A stretch of 35,963 bases of DNA from positions 1-35,963 of the forward strand of contig JAEOSU010000099.1 in the NCBI GenBank assembly GCA_016840165.1. The letters run 5' to 3'. A program made the translations under genes and the position numbers. The notes under the pieces are model-generated. The model had not been told where the DNA came from, searched no databases, and saw nothing but the letters and a program-made list of their open reading frames with translations. Positions 17,970 through 27,570 of the stretch are shown here, in pieces. Source of the stretch: Promethearchaeota archaeon (GTDB taxonomy: Archaea > Asgardarchaeota > Lokiarchaeia > Sigyniarchaeales > SOKP01). Every line of letters starts with the position of its first letter. Positions within the stretch are counted from its first letter, which is position 1.

Positions 17970-18734
17970 TTACTCTTGAGTTATATGATATGAAGGGGGA
18001 GTATTCAATTTATGTACTGCCTTTTTCATTAAATCTTCTACTTTTTTGACTTTTTCCTTATCCAAACCTTTAAAATCTATATTATTGTCAATTCTGTATA
18101 AAATTTCATCGATAGTATCGTATTTTAAGCCAATTTCACCCTCATCAGTCTGACCAGGCCATAAACCAGGAGAGGGAAGTTTTTCTATTATTTTTTTAGG
18201 GATTTCTAGCGTTTTAGCAAGAGCTCTTACCTCAGATTTATATAATAATCCAAGTGGTTCAAAATCTACTCCTCCATCGCCATATTTCGTAAAATATCCT
18301 ATAGCTAATTCTGCACGATTCCCTGTACCCGCAACAAGACACTTTGTTAGCATTTGGCTGTAATAGTATAAAGTTACCATCCTTAATCGTGCTTTTAAAT
18401 TTGCTTGAACCAATACATTTGAATCCCACTTTTGGGGTAAATTTTGTAAAAAATTTCTGTACACAGGGGTTAAATCAATCACTTCATATTTTATAGCTAA
18501 AAATTTTGCCACCATTATCGCATCTTCAATATCTGCTGAAATAGATTCACATGGAAGTATCAAAACCACTACATTTTGTTTCCCGAGAGCCTTCACGCAC
18601 AATGCGGCAGTAACAGCACTATCGATACCACCACTTAACCCAACAACAACCTTATTCGCGTTTGCGGCATTTATATAATCCCTAATCCAACGCTGAATAC
18701 TATCATTCAATTGATTAATATCCAATTCTCGCAT
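17970..18734 (-). CDS. nadE: NH3-dependent NAD+ synthetase
   Basis: VVGLSGGIDSAV, ANLKARLRM, GTGNRAE..IGYFTKYGDG, LYKSEV and PSPGLWPGQTDE. No glutaminase domain. Confidence 0.96.
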   Translation of the reverse strand: MRELDINQLNDSIQRWIRDYINAANANKVVVGLSGGIDSAVTAALCVKALGKQNVVVLILPCESISADIEDAIMVAKFLAIKYEVIDLTPVYRNFLQNLPQKWDSNVLVQANLKARLRMVTLYYYSQMLTKCLVAGTGNRAELAIGYFTKYGDGGVDFEPLGLLYKSEVRALAKTLEIPKKIIEKLPSPGLWPGQTDEGEIGLKYDTIDEILYRIDNNIDFKGLDKEKVKKVEDLMKKAVHKLNTPPSYHITQE

Positions 18735-18882
18735 AATATAATTTATTTTCCTTTCTATTAATAATTCATAGCTTTTGAAATACTAATATTAAAATACAAA
18801 TTCTAAAATTAATAAATTAAAAAAATTAGAATCATTATAGTATTTAAAATAATTTACAAGAATTTTTGCAGATTGATTAAGC

Positions 18883-19299
18883 ATGAGTGAAGAATTTATG
18901 GGCATTGTAGACTCATCATTTGATAATGGGACCCCAATTTGGCTTTACACCGATGATTATATATTTGGAATGGTTCCAGTAGATGCAAATGGTAATAGAT
19001 GGAAGGAAGTGTCTTTTACATTTGAAGAAAAAGATGAACCTCTCTATGTGACTGAACGAGATGCGGAATTATCGTTTCAGTTTTTGCTTGAGGAAGTTGA
19101 AAAAGGAGTTTCATTTTATGTAGAAGATTTGAACGTCTTACTAATTAAAGATTTCGCTGATTCTCTTGAAGGAAAGCCTGGACCAGAGAAAATGAATTCT
19201 TTTATCTCAGAATTAATTCAAAACTCTTCAAAATATTCAAGTAACTTGCCTATAGTAAGAAATAAAGATGAGCTTGGCTCTCTAAAGAGCAAAGTATGA
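18883..19299 (+). CDS. Hypothetical acidic protein
   Basis: 138-aa ORF with ATG, typical codon usage and a T-tract after the stop. No family recognised. Confidence 0.7.
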   Translation: MSEEFMGIVDSSFDNGTPIWLYTDDYIFGMVPVDANGNRWKEVSFTFEEKDEPLYVTERDAELSFQFLLEEVEKGVSFYVEDLNVLLIKDFADSLEGKPGPEKMNSFISELIQNSSKYSSNLPIVRNKDELGSLKSKV

Positions 19300-19342
19300 T
19301 TTTTTTCATTAATTAAATCTCAATAGATTAAAATAAATACTA

Positions 19343-19834
19343 TTAAATGTATAGATTCTTTCGCTGAGGATATTTTTTAGTGAACTGCTCGTCCACTTTT
19401 TTTGCCATTTGATATCCAATATTCGGTTCGCGTTCTTCTATGACTTTCTTTAGATAATTACCATGTTCTTGAGAATACTTCTCAATCCCAGCGGCCATTA
19501 TATTTTGATCTTTTTTAATAGGAACAATCATTCCAAATAATCGAAGCATATCATTAGGGGATAATTTTTTACCTACTTCTTCGTCAATGTCCTTGTTAAG
19601 ATCTCTAATAACAGAACCCATCGTTATTGATGAATATGGATTCAACATTTTCGATTTTAGCCAATAAGCATCAGGCTTTTTGGTGATAAAAGTATCTAAA
19701 TTTCCCTTATTATCATTCGAACTAATGACTCTCCAGTCTTTCAAGTCTTTATCGTATTCTTTCTTAATTTTTTTCATAACTGATTTGACTGGAGCAATTC
19801 CATAGTAATCCTTTTCTTTATCTTTATTTCCCAT
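19343..19834 (-). CDS. Hypothetical protein (163 aa from MGNKDKE...)
   Basis: The ORF-track N-terminal 54 aa are AT-rich intergenic-like sequence overlapping the MTase start, so ATG at 19834 is preferred. Confidence 0.7.
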   Translation of the reverse strand: MGNKDKEKDYYGIAPVKSVMKKIKKEYDKDLKDWRVISSNDNKGNLDTFITKKPDAYWLKSKMLNPYSSITMGSVIRDLNKDIDEEVGKKLSPNDMLRLFGMIVPIKKDQNIMAAGIEKYSQEHGNYLKKVIEEREPNIGYQMAKKVDEQFTKKYPQRKNLYI

Positions 19835-19967
19835 ACTTCTTATAATATAAAGTAAATTTAAACTTAAAAACATAAAGAATATTATCAATAAAAATTTGAA
19901 TTTGATTATTTTAAAATTGCTAATCGTAAATCTTATAAAATAGAACAAATAAAAGGTTCTAATTGAA

Positions 19968-21806
19968 ATGGATAAGAATGCGGGCACCGCTCTCATTGAT
20001 GAGTTATATTCGACAATAAAAGAAAAGATTCAACTAAAAAATTATTCTCAAATTCAATCAAATTTAAATCAAATCGCTAAAATAGAAGAAAAATTCATTC
20101 AGTCTTATACTAGAAGAAAGAAAGAGGGAGGCTACTATACAGCAGAAAACCTTACTAATTTTATTATTATACACGTCTTAATTGAATTGATAAATAAGCG
20201 TTTTGATATATTTAACATCAATACAATTAAAGATTTGGATAGTCTTAATTTAGAAGTTAGGCGGAAAGTCGTAGTTCTGCTGTCAGACATGACAATTTGC
20301 GATCCCTCGTGTGGATCAGGAGCATTTCTAATAAATGTCGCTAAAAAAGTGACTAAATTATTAATAAAACTAGGGGAAAAAAAAGATTTTGATGAAAATA
20401 TCCATATAGTGCTCAAAAACATTAAAGGCTATGATCTCAATGAAAGTGCAATTAAATTATGCAGATTAAAATTATATAAATGGTTTTTTGAGACCAATTC
20501 GAGTGGGTCTTATTTGAAATCAGCTTTTAAATTAATTGAAGATAATATACAAATAAAAGATTCTCTAACAAGCCCCATTTCTCAAAAGTATGATATTATT
20601 ATCGGAAATCCTCCTTATGGAAATATTTTAGACCAACATCAGAGGATTCTTCTAAAGAAAAAAGGAATTTTTCATAAAGAAATATATTGTGCTTTTTTAT
20701 TAAAAGCATTAGAATGGTCGAATGGCATAATTGGTTTTTTAGTTCCTAAGAGTTTTCTGCTTCGTCAAAACTATATAGATTTTAGAACAGTCTTACATAA
20801 AAAAGTTAATCTGCTTAAAATTTATGATGTAGGCCCTAACATTTTCAAATCAGCAACAAATGAGGTACAGATATTAATATTTGAAAGAAAAAGTGGGACT
20901 AATAAAAATTTGGAGGTATATAACAATTCTGGATCGAAGATGCTCACCTATTCTAACCAAAAGTTTGATTCACTTAAGCTTTGTAAGAATCAAGACTGCC
21001 CCCTTAACGATATATCTAAGAAGATCTATGTATATTCTTTCAATAATTGCTGTCCTTACTGTAACTTCAAAAATGAGCCTATCAATAGGATTAGGATTAA
21101 ACTTACCCCTCCTATGCTAAATTTAATTAATAAGATAGAACAAAACGGTAATCTAAACTATTTAAATGTGCGTGATTTTCCTAAACTAATTCGCGGAGAG
21201 GAAGATAAAGGTCTAAGAGCGATTAAGGCTATTATTGAAAACCATATACAAAGCTCTTGTATCTTTCTTAATGCAAAAAGCGATTTTATGCCTTTTCATT
21301 ACCAAAGAAAAAAATCTTTTGATATTGATAAAATAAATCCGAAGAGGTTGAAAGGTAATGATTATGAATATTATCTTAAACCTAAATTATTAATCAAACA
21401 TAATAGCACCTTTCCAGTAGCTATTTACACGGAGGAAAGCGTTTGTTTCACATCTTCTATCTATTCTCTCCTTCATGAAGACAAAAATGAATTAAAATTT
21501 CTCTGTGCTCTATTAAATTCGTCGTTAAGCAAATTTTATTGCATTTATGGGATTAATAATCAAATAAACACTACAATCAATCTCAATCAATACATGATAC
21601 GCCATTTACCAATACCTAATACTAATAATAAAATAAAATGTACACTCGCAGCAAACGTGGATTTAATAATGAATTTCTATAAGCATCCGCAACAAAGTAA
21701 GCCACAAATTATGGAATTACAAGAAAATATAGATAATATTATATTCCAGCTATATTTATGCACAAATGAAGAAATATCGCTAATTTTTAAGAATATTGAA
21801 GAATAA
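19968..21806 (+). CDS. N6-adenine DNA methyltransferase, gamma class (M.TaqI/Eco57I-like) with C-terminal target-recognition domain
   Basis: Motif X GGYYT, motif I ICDPSCGSGAFL, GYDLN, motif IV IIGNPPY, GFLVPKSFL, and TaqI_C-like PKLLIK...FLCALLNS...IRHLPIP. Confidence 0.9.
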   Translation: MDKNAGTALIDELYSTIKEKIQLKNYSQIQSNLNQIAKIEEKFIQSYTRRKKEGGYYTAENLTNFIIIHVLIELINKRFDIFNINTIKDLDSLNLEVRRKVVVLLSDMTICDPSCGSGAFLINVAKKVTKLLIKLGEKKDFDENIHIVLKNIKGYDLNESAIKLCRLKLYKWFFETNSSGSYLKSAFKLIEDNIQIKDSLTSPISQKYDIIIGNPPYGNILDQHQRILLKKKGIFHKEIYCAFLLKALEWSNGIIGFLVPKSFLLRQNYIDFRTVLHKKVNLLKIYDVGPNIFKSATNEVQILIFERKSGTNKNLEVYNNSGSKMLTYSNQKFDSLKLCKNQDCPLNDISKKIYVYSFNNCCPYCNFKNEPINRIRIKLTPPMLNLINKIEQNGNLNYLNVRDFPKLIRGEEDKGLRAIKAIIENHIQSSCIFLNAKSDFMPFHYQRKKSFDIDKINPKRLKGNDYEYYLKPKLLIKHNSTFPVAIYTEESVCFTSSIYSLLHEDKNELKFLCALLNSSLSKFYCIYGINNQINTTINLNQYMIRHLPIPNTNNKIKCTLAANVDLIMNFYKHPQQSKPQIMELQENIDNIIFQLYLCTNEEISLIFKNIEE

Positions 21807-22809
21807 AATCGCATGAGGCGGCCCCCATTCCGATAGAAGAGCGCTTAGATATGTTGATTCTTGGATTAAAATCACTTATGACTGGAGTTAAGTAGTTCGA
21901 GCACATATTTTCACAAATTGAAGGGATATATTTCCTCCTCTCAGGATTTCTCTCCATACTATCAATATACGGGCACTCCATTATTTTCAGAATTACCTGT
22001 GCTTCATTTATAACTTGAATTTCATGGAAATTACCTTCGCAATTCCAAATAAAGGAGAGAATTTCGACAAGACTATTTAAAGAATTCTTTTGAATTTTAA
22101 GACGTTTAATGACTCTGCGAAACATAATCTTATACAAATCCTGCCACACTAGTGTATCTACTTGTAAAGTGTTTTCCCATCCTAATTCTTTTTCTGTCTC
22201 TACCACCCATAATCCATCCAAAGTCCTAAAATTTCTCTCAAAATAGAAAAGTTTGTCACCATTACTCAAATTGCTTATAGAAAACTCTTCTATGTCTTGA
22301 GAATACCCTTGGAGAGGCATATTATGATAAGAAAATGTAAAACTACATGTATCATCCCCTAAACCCATATATTTTCCTCGTTTAAGGTTGATTAGAGGAT
22401 TAAAATTATGAACTATTTGCTTATAGAATGGGATGCACATATCTCGGCAAATTAAGGCTATCCTATCATGTCTGTTAGGATTTCGATCCATAGCTGATTT
22501 ATAGGGACATTTTTTGATTTCTATCCTATACCCCTCGTCTTGAGCTAATAATTCAAATTGCCACCCCTCCACAGACCAACGGAATGTTAAGATTTTTAAT
22601 AAATTTTCTAAACAATTATCATGCAAATCTAAATATTTTTTTAAACGCCTAATAATTATTTTTAAGAGCTCCTTCCATACATTTAAATCTATTTTTAATG
22701 CTATTTCCCAGTTTGATTCTTCTTCGAGCTTTATCATCCACAATCCATCGAGAGTAAAGAACGACCGTTCTAATAGAAATAATTTATCCTCTGAAGATAC
22801 ATTACTCAT
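21787..22809 (-). CDS. Tandem DUF6125/V4R-like two-domain protein
   Basis: Internal duplication: DKLF..ER.F.TLDGLW...W and CPY...R.P.R...IC..MC...G...C.F each occur twice. Confidence 0.75.
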   Translation of the reverse strand: MSNVSSEDKLFLLERSFFTLDGLWMIKLEEESNWEIALKIDLNVWKELLKIIIRRLKKYLDLHDNCLENLLKILTFRWSVEGWQFELLAQDEGYRIEIKKCPYKSAMDRNPNRHDRIALICRDMCIPFYKQIVHNFNPLINLKRGKYMGLGDDTCSFTFSYHNMPLQGYSQDIEEFSISNLSNGDKLFYFERNFRTLDGLWVVETEKELGWENTLQVDTLVWQDLYKIMFRRVIKRLKIQKNSLNSLVEILSFIWNCEGNFHEIQVINEAQVILKIMECPYIDSMERNPERRKYIPSICENMCSNYLTPVISDFNPRINISKRSSIGMGAASCDFILQYS

Positions 22810-22963
22810 TTAAAAGCCTTTTTGCGTTTTCATTTTGAATACTTCAATTAAATAAGAAAATACATTCCAACTATTAATGATTGAGATCTTCAACTTCTAA
22901 CTATTATCAACGCTAATCAAAAATAAAATGAATAAATTGAATTAAGAATATTTACCTCTTTTC

Positions 22964-24322
22964 TCAAGGTCTGGCTCGAAGATATATTTCATTAAACATA
23001 TCATTCTCTGCTTCTCTCCACTTCTGAAAATCCTTTAAATTATTAGGAAATTTAGAGTAAAGCTTTAAGACTCTCTTCATCTGCTTAAGAAGATAGTTTA
23101 GTTTCAACAGCAAATGGGGTTTAGATATTCCTTTTAGTAATTTCTGCGTCTTTTCTTTTAGGGATGGCGAATAAATTTTAGCATAATACATATTAGTGAG
23201 TGCTTCGTTATCAAGCAATTTTTTTCTCACAATATAATTGAAATCCTCTGTTGTAGTATTCTGCATAAGAATGCGGGCTACATCATTGGCGGCATGTCCG
23301 ATGCCGAAATCATCCAAGATTAGAGAATTATATTTCCATAATTGATTCAATGTACAATCTTCAGCATCAATAGCTTTTTTTGCTATCATAGCTGCATAGT
23401 AACCTGCTTTCATACCTGGATGGATACCTCCTCCACTAGCATTGTTTACATGACAGGCAGCATCTCCTATGAACATAATCCCGTTATCTGCACATGAAGG
23501 CAAGGGTCTTCTTATTGGTACGATATCTCCTCCCGATGACAGTATTTTGTAATTCCTTGCTGGCACAAATTTATTTAAGACAAATTTCTGATAGATATGC
23601 TTAACTTCACGTCTTCGGCGAAAGAAAACACCTAAACCTAAATTAGATATGGTTTCTGACTTGGGAAAGTACCAAAAATATCCTCCAGGAACGTTATCTG
23701 CATCAAACACCACAGTTAAAGAATCAGTGGGTAAATCTGGTTGATTGTTGTCATTAAATTCAATATTCTCTCTATAGCAAATCGATAAATCATCTTCTGG
23801 GACCTTATTTTCAATGATATCGCTTTTAATTTTCTTTCTGATGATTGAATGAGCACCACTACCATCAATAACAATCTTAGCGCTAAGAACCTTTTTTCTT
23901 TCAATATTCGTATTAACTATTACTCCATTGACAGTACCATTTTTATATATTAAATCCATGACTTTAGTATTATCTAAGAACTGTACATCCCCCGAATCTA
24001 AAGCATCATTTAATAGTCTCTGCCCGAAACTTAATCTGTTCACGAGGTAAATAGGCATATCAATACTAAGATAGTCTTGAAAATCGGAAGTATATAGTTT
24101 GATGTTGTTTTTAGTACTCATGATCTCTTCTCCCTTTGGATGGTTAATCTTTAAGAAGTCAAAAATCGTTGATAAAACAACATCCCCACAGATTTTATTA
24201 CCGACTTTTTCTCTCTTCTGGGCATCAATCAGACAAACATTTAACCCGGTTGAAGCAGCAAATCTAGCAGCAACTGAACCCGAAGTTCCCGCTCCAATGA
24301 CTATAACATCATATTTATCCAT
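22964..24322 (-). CDS. Geranylgeranyl reductase family FAD oxidoreductase (DGGGPL reductase-like)
   Basis: YDVIVIGAGTSG, KICGD, VIDGSG, PGGYFWYFPK and IGDAACHVNNASGGGI. Confidence 0.88.
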   Translation of the reverse strand: MDKYDVIVIGAGTSGSVAARFAASTGLNVCLIDAQKREKVGNKICGDVVLSTIFDFLKINHPKGEEIMSTKNNIKLYTSDFQDYLSIDMPIYLVNRLSFGQRLLNDALDSGDVQFLDNTKVMDLIYKNGTVNGVIVNTNIERKKVLSAKIVIDGSGAHSIIRKKIKSDIIENKVPEDDLSICYRENIEFNDNNQPDLPTDSLTVVFDADNVPGGYFWYFPKSETISNLGLGVFFRRRREVKHIYQKFVLNKFVPARNYKILSSGGDIVPIRRPLPSCADNGIMFIGDAACHVNNASGGGIHPGMKAGYYAAMIAKKAIDAEDCTLNQLWKYNSLILDDFGIGHAANDVARILMQNTTTEDFNYIVRKKLLDNEALTNMYYAKIYSPSLKEKTQKLLKGISKPHLLLKLNYLLKQMKRVLKLYSKFPNNLKDFQKWREAENDMFNEIYLRARP

Positions 24323-24492
24323 GATGATTTCGCAAGTTTTTGTTATATATTATGCCAATTTGAAATTGCATATTCAGAATTTAGATTTAAAATTTAATAA
24401 TTATGATTATTCGAATTTAATTAAATTTAATGATACTTAAATTCTCTCAGAATAAAAATATGAAAATACTTTCAAAATAAGAGCTAAGGTTT

Positions 24493-24511
24493 ATTTACCA
24501 AAATGGTAAAT
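24493..24511. promoter_or_regulatory. Candidate operator palindrome upstream of zupT
   Basis: ATTTACCA-AAA-TGGTAAAT, a perfect 8-bp inverted repeat about 50 bp before the ATG. Confidence 0.35.
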
Positions 24512-24560
24512 TATTAAAATTTCGATTATTTATCTAATAAAACTAATGTGACTTAAACAT

Positions 24561-25463
24561 ATGGAACAAGCTTTTTTTGCTATAATTCTCAGTTTAATAG
24601 CAGGATTATCAACGACTATCGGGAGTATCATCGCGATTGTTATAAAAAAGCAAAACCCGCGATTCATCTCTTTTATTATGGGTTTTTCAGCAGGAGTTAT
24701 GATTTTAGTCTCTTTCGTCGAACTACTACAAGAAAGCATAGAATTTAATGGAATTTTTGTAGGAATCTTATTTTTTATCATAGGAATGATATTGATGTTT
24801 ATCATTGATATTCGTGTATCGCATCATTATGAATTTGAAGATAAAGACTATGAGCAACTGGTTTGTCAGGATAAGAATCCATCAGCTAATTTAAATCCAG
24901 AATCCCAACAAAATAAAAATAGCCGATTCAGAAACTTGCACCAGAGAAACAGGCAACGTCATCGAAGAAAACAGCAGAGATTGCAACAAATTTTTCTTAA
25001 AAGTAATGGAAATCCTAGACTCTATAAAACATCTTTACTCGTTGCCGTAGGAATTTTTATTCATAATTTTCCCGAAGGAATTGCGGTGGCTGTTGGGACA
25101 ATTAAAGAAGTAGAACTTGGAATCTTATTAGCATTTGCAATTGCGCTCCACAATATTCCAGAAGGAATTGCTGTTTCTGTTCCTGTATATGCATGTACTG
25201 GGAATAAAAAGCGAGCATTTATGTGGTCTTTCCTTTCAGGAATTAGCGAACCTATTGGAGCAATACTAACTTGGTTAATCTTAGCACCTTTCATAAATGA
25301 TTATATATTAAATGCTATGCTCGCAGTTGTAGCTGGTTTAATGGTTTATATCTCTTTAGATGAGTTATTGCCCATTTCACGCTCTTTAGCAAAGGAACAC
25401 TTCTCAATTTTCGGAATAATTTCCGGAATCTTTGTTATGGCCGTAAGTCTGGCGATTCTCTAA
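24561..25463 (+). CDS. zupT: ZIP family metal transporter ZupT
   Basis: AGLSTTIG, GFSAGVMI..SFVELL, HNFPEG, ALHNIPEG, SEPIGA and AGLMVYISLDELLP. Confidence 0.92.
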   Translation: MEQAFFAIILSLIAGLSTTIGSIIAIVIKKQNPRFISFIMGFSAGVMILVSFVELLQESIEFNGIFVGILFFIIGMILMFIIDIRVSHHYEFEDKDYEQLVCQDKNPSANLNPESQQNKNSRFRNLHQRNRQRHRRKQQRLQQIFLKSNGNPRLYKTSLLVAVGIFIHNFPEGIAVAVGTIKEVELGILLAFAIALHNIPEGIAVSVPVYACTGNKKRAFMWSFLSGISEPIGAILTWLILAPFINDYILNAMLAVVAGLMVYISLDELLPISRSLAKEHFSIFGIISGIFVMAVSLAIL

Positions 25464-26320
25464 GATAACTGAAATAATCTTTTAGCATTATTGTAAAATA
25501 TATTTTGATAAAATTCTCGTGATAAATCTAAATCTAATAATCCTTTGGTCGAATATTCATAATCATAAGGAATATTAGGATAATCTGAACCGAATAAAAT
25601 TCTCTCTTGATATGATATTAGTTCTTCCTTTATTGGGCGCTTTGTGGTTCTTTCTGGAAATATATTCTCTGGAATATAAATCATAGCGGTATCTAAATAA
25701 AGATTCTCATATCTATCTAATAAACTTAAAAATTTATGGTACTCAAAAGCTCCCATATGGGCAACAATGATATTCATTTCAGGGTATTTTTCTATAAATT
25801 TAGTAAAATTTGAATATCCAACGTACCTATTTCTATATGGTGCTGTTCCAGCATGAGTTATTAGCCATTTTCCTCTATCAATTATGACTTTATAGACCTC
25901 ATCTAATCGGCGATCATCTAAATAAAAATTTTGAACTAATGGTTGAATCTTTATTCCATAAAAGCCATATTCATCGAAAATCTTCGTGATATAATTCACT
26001 CGATTATCATCTTCAGGCCATACACACCCAAAAGGAATTGCATTTTTATGCTTTTGGATAAATTTGAATACCCACTCGTTAATATATTGGGAAATATTCT
26101 CTTTATGGGAGTAATTTAGGGTTGTAAAATATCGGATGTTTTTGCTTTCCAACAACTCTACAAGCTGCTCTACTGGAAGCTTATAATTTATAGGCCATCC
26201 TCGTACTTTATTCTCCTCATCACGAATTTCAAAGTAGTCCCAAATTGCTTGAAATATATTAGGAGGAAAAAAATGAGTATGTACATCAATATACTCAAAA
26301 TCATAGTGTGAGAAAGGCAT
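25460..26320 (-). CDS. Amidohydrolase_2 family metal-dependent hydrolase
   Basis: IDVHTH, GIKIQP, THAG, IVAHMG, LYLDTA and ILFGSDYP. Confidence 0.9.
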   Translation of the reverse strand: MPFSHYDFEYIDVHTHFFPPNIFQAIWDYFEIRDEENKVRGWPINYKLPVEQLVELLESKNIRYFTTLNYSHKENISQYINEWVFKFIQKHKNAIPFGCVWPEDDNRVNYITKIFDEYGFYGIKIQPLVQNFYLDDRRLDEVYKVIIDRGKWLITHAGTAPYRNRYVGYSNFTKFIEKYPEMNIIVAHMGAFEYHKFLSLLDRYENLYLDTAMIYIPENIFPERTTKRPIKEELISYQERILFGSDYPNIPYDYEYSTKGLLDLDLSREFYQNIFYNNAKRLFQLS

Positions 26321-26356
26321 AAAGTGTAATAATCTAGCACTAAATTTATAGTGTTC

Positions 26357-27520
26357 TCACTTATATAGTGTCTTTATTAGAGAGGGTATATCTTCTGGAA
26401 TACTATCTAATGTTCCTTGCGCAGAATAGGGGCTACCGCCACCTCTACCTCCATATCGTTGAATTAAGTAATTCATAACTTCGTTAGCTTTGATCTTTTC
26501 ACTATTTGAAATGATTATGACTTTGTTTTTAGGTTTAAGGATAATCAATGTATAATTTTCTGGGAACTCCTTAAATTGCTTTTGGATAAATTTGAATTCC
26601 ACATCCAACTCTAATACTCCAATACTCCACTCTTTTATCTGTAAACTGGGGTATTTAGAAATGTAATCAATTAAGTTTGAAGCCACTTTAATATAACTCT
26701 GTCCTAACTCATTATAATCCCTATTTTGCCTTTGAATGGTCTGAAAAAAATCAGAATAAGAAATCCCTAGTAAATTTGATGAGGAGATTAGATCACTATT
26801 GAACTGAGAATATAATTCTAACGCTTTTTGCCCCAATACATATTTTATATCTGTTCCTTTTTTAAATTCATACATAAATATTGGTCCAATTTCAGTAGAG
26901 TTTTTGACATGTGTACCTCCACAGCATATCAGATCATAACCAGGGACTTCTACCAATCTAATTTTATTATCATCGGGGATATTTCCTCTCAAATCATCAG
27001 AATATTTTGAGAAGTCTTCTTTTGAAACAATAAGGGTATTAAAAATATGATCTTCAATTATAGATATACGATTTAATTCTTGGAGACATTCCTTTAATTG
27101 ATATTCACTAATTTCATGACTGATTTGGAGCATTACTTCTTCATATAAAATATTCGCATGAATCGTATCGATGTCAAATTTATTCTTTATAATAGCAGAT
27201 AATAGATGTTGGGAGGAATGTGCTCGCATGATACCATATCTATATTTCCATTCTATATTTCCTGTTACTGAATCTCCAACTCTAAATTCATCTGCTAATT
27301 TTGAATTAATCTGATGAAATACCTTTTCTTCTTCTTTAAAAACATGTTCAATGATATATCTTTTTTCTTCCTTCTCGAGATAGCCTTTATCGCATACTTG
27401 ATTCCCACTTTGAGGATAAAAAGCAGTTTTATCTAAGATGATATTATTTTCTTTAATTTCAATTACTTTTGCATCGAATTTTGTAAGGTATGCATCTGTC
27501 CAGAATAAAAATTCCGTCAT
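26357..27520 (-). CDS. alaX: Alanyl-tRNA editing protein AlaX (long form with C-terminal DHHA1/C-Ala domain)
   Basis: LDKTAFYPQSGNQ..DKG, HSSQH (HxxxH), CGGTH and C-terminal GGRGGG...AQG. Confidence 0.85.
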   Translation of the reverse strand: MTEFLFWTDAYLTKFDAKVIEIKENNIILDKTAFYPQSGNQVCDKGYLEKEEKRYIIEHVFKEEEKVFHQINSKLADEFRVGDSVTGNIEWKYRYGIMRAHSSQHLLSAIIKNKFDIDTIHANILYEEVMLQISHEISEYQLKECLQELNRISIIEDHIFNTLIVSKEDFSKYSDDLRGNIPDDNKIRLVEVPGYDLICCGGTHVKNSTEIGPIFMYEFKKGTDIKYVLGQKALELYSQFNSDLISSSNLLGISYSDFFQTIQRQNRDYNELGQSYIKVASNLIDYISKYPSLQIKEWSIGVLELDVEFKFIQKQFKEFPENYTLIILKPKNKVIIISNSEKIKANEVMNYLIQRYGGRGGGSPYSAQGTLDSIPEDIPSLIKTLYK

Positions 27521-27570
27521 TTTTTAATACTAATCTTTTTTTCGTTAAAAATTTATTATCTGATATATTT

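Noticed and set aside
6284-18734. NAD-centred module (TIR NADase + zf-PARP + nadE)
   Set aside because: The genes are kilobases apart, not co-transcribed and separated by unrelated genes, and nadE is housekeeping. It would need conserved synteny.
24378-24390. 13-mer AATTTAGATTTAA shared with repeat B, upstream of GGR
   Set aside because: Almost all A/T and the flanks do not align, so chance cannot be excluded.
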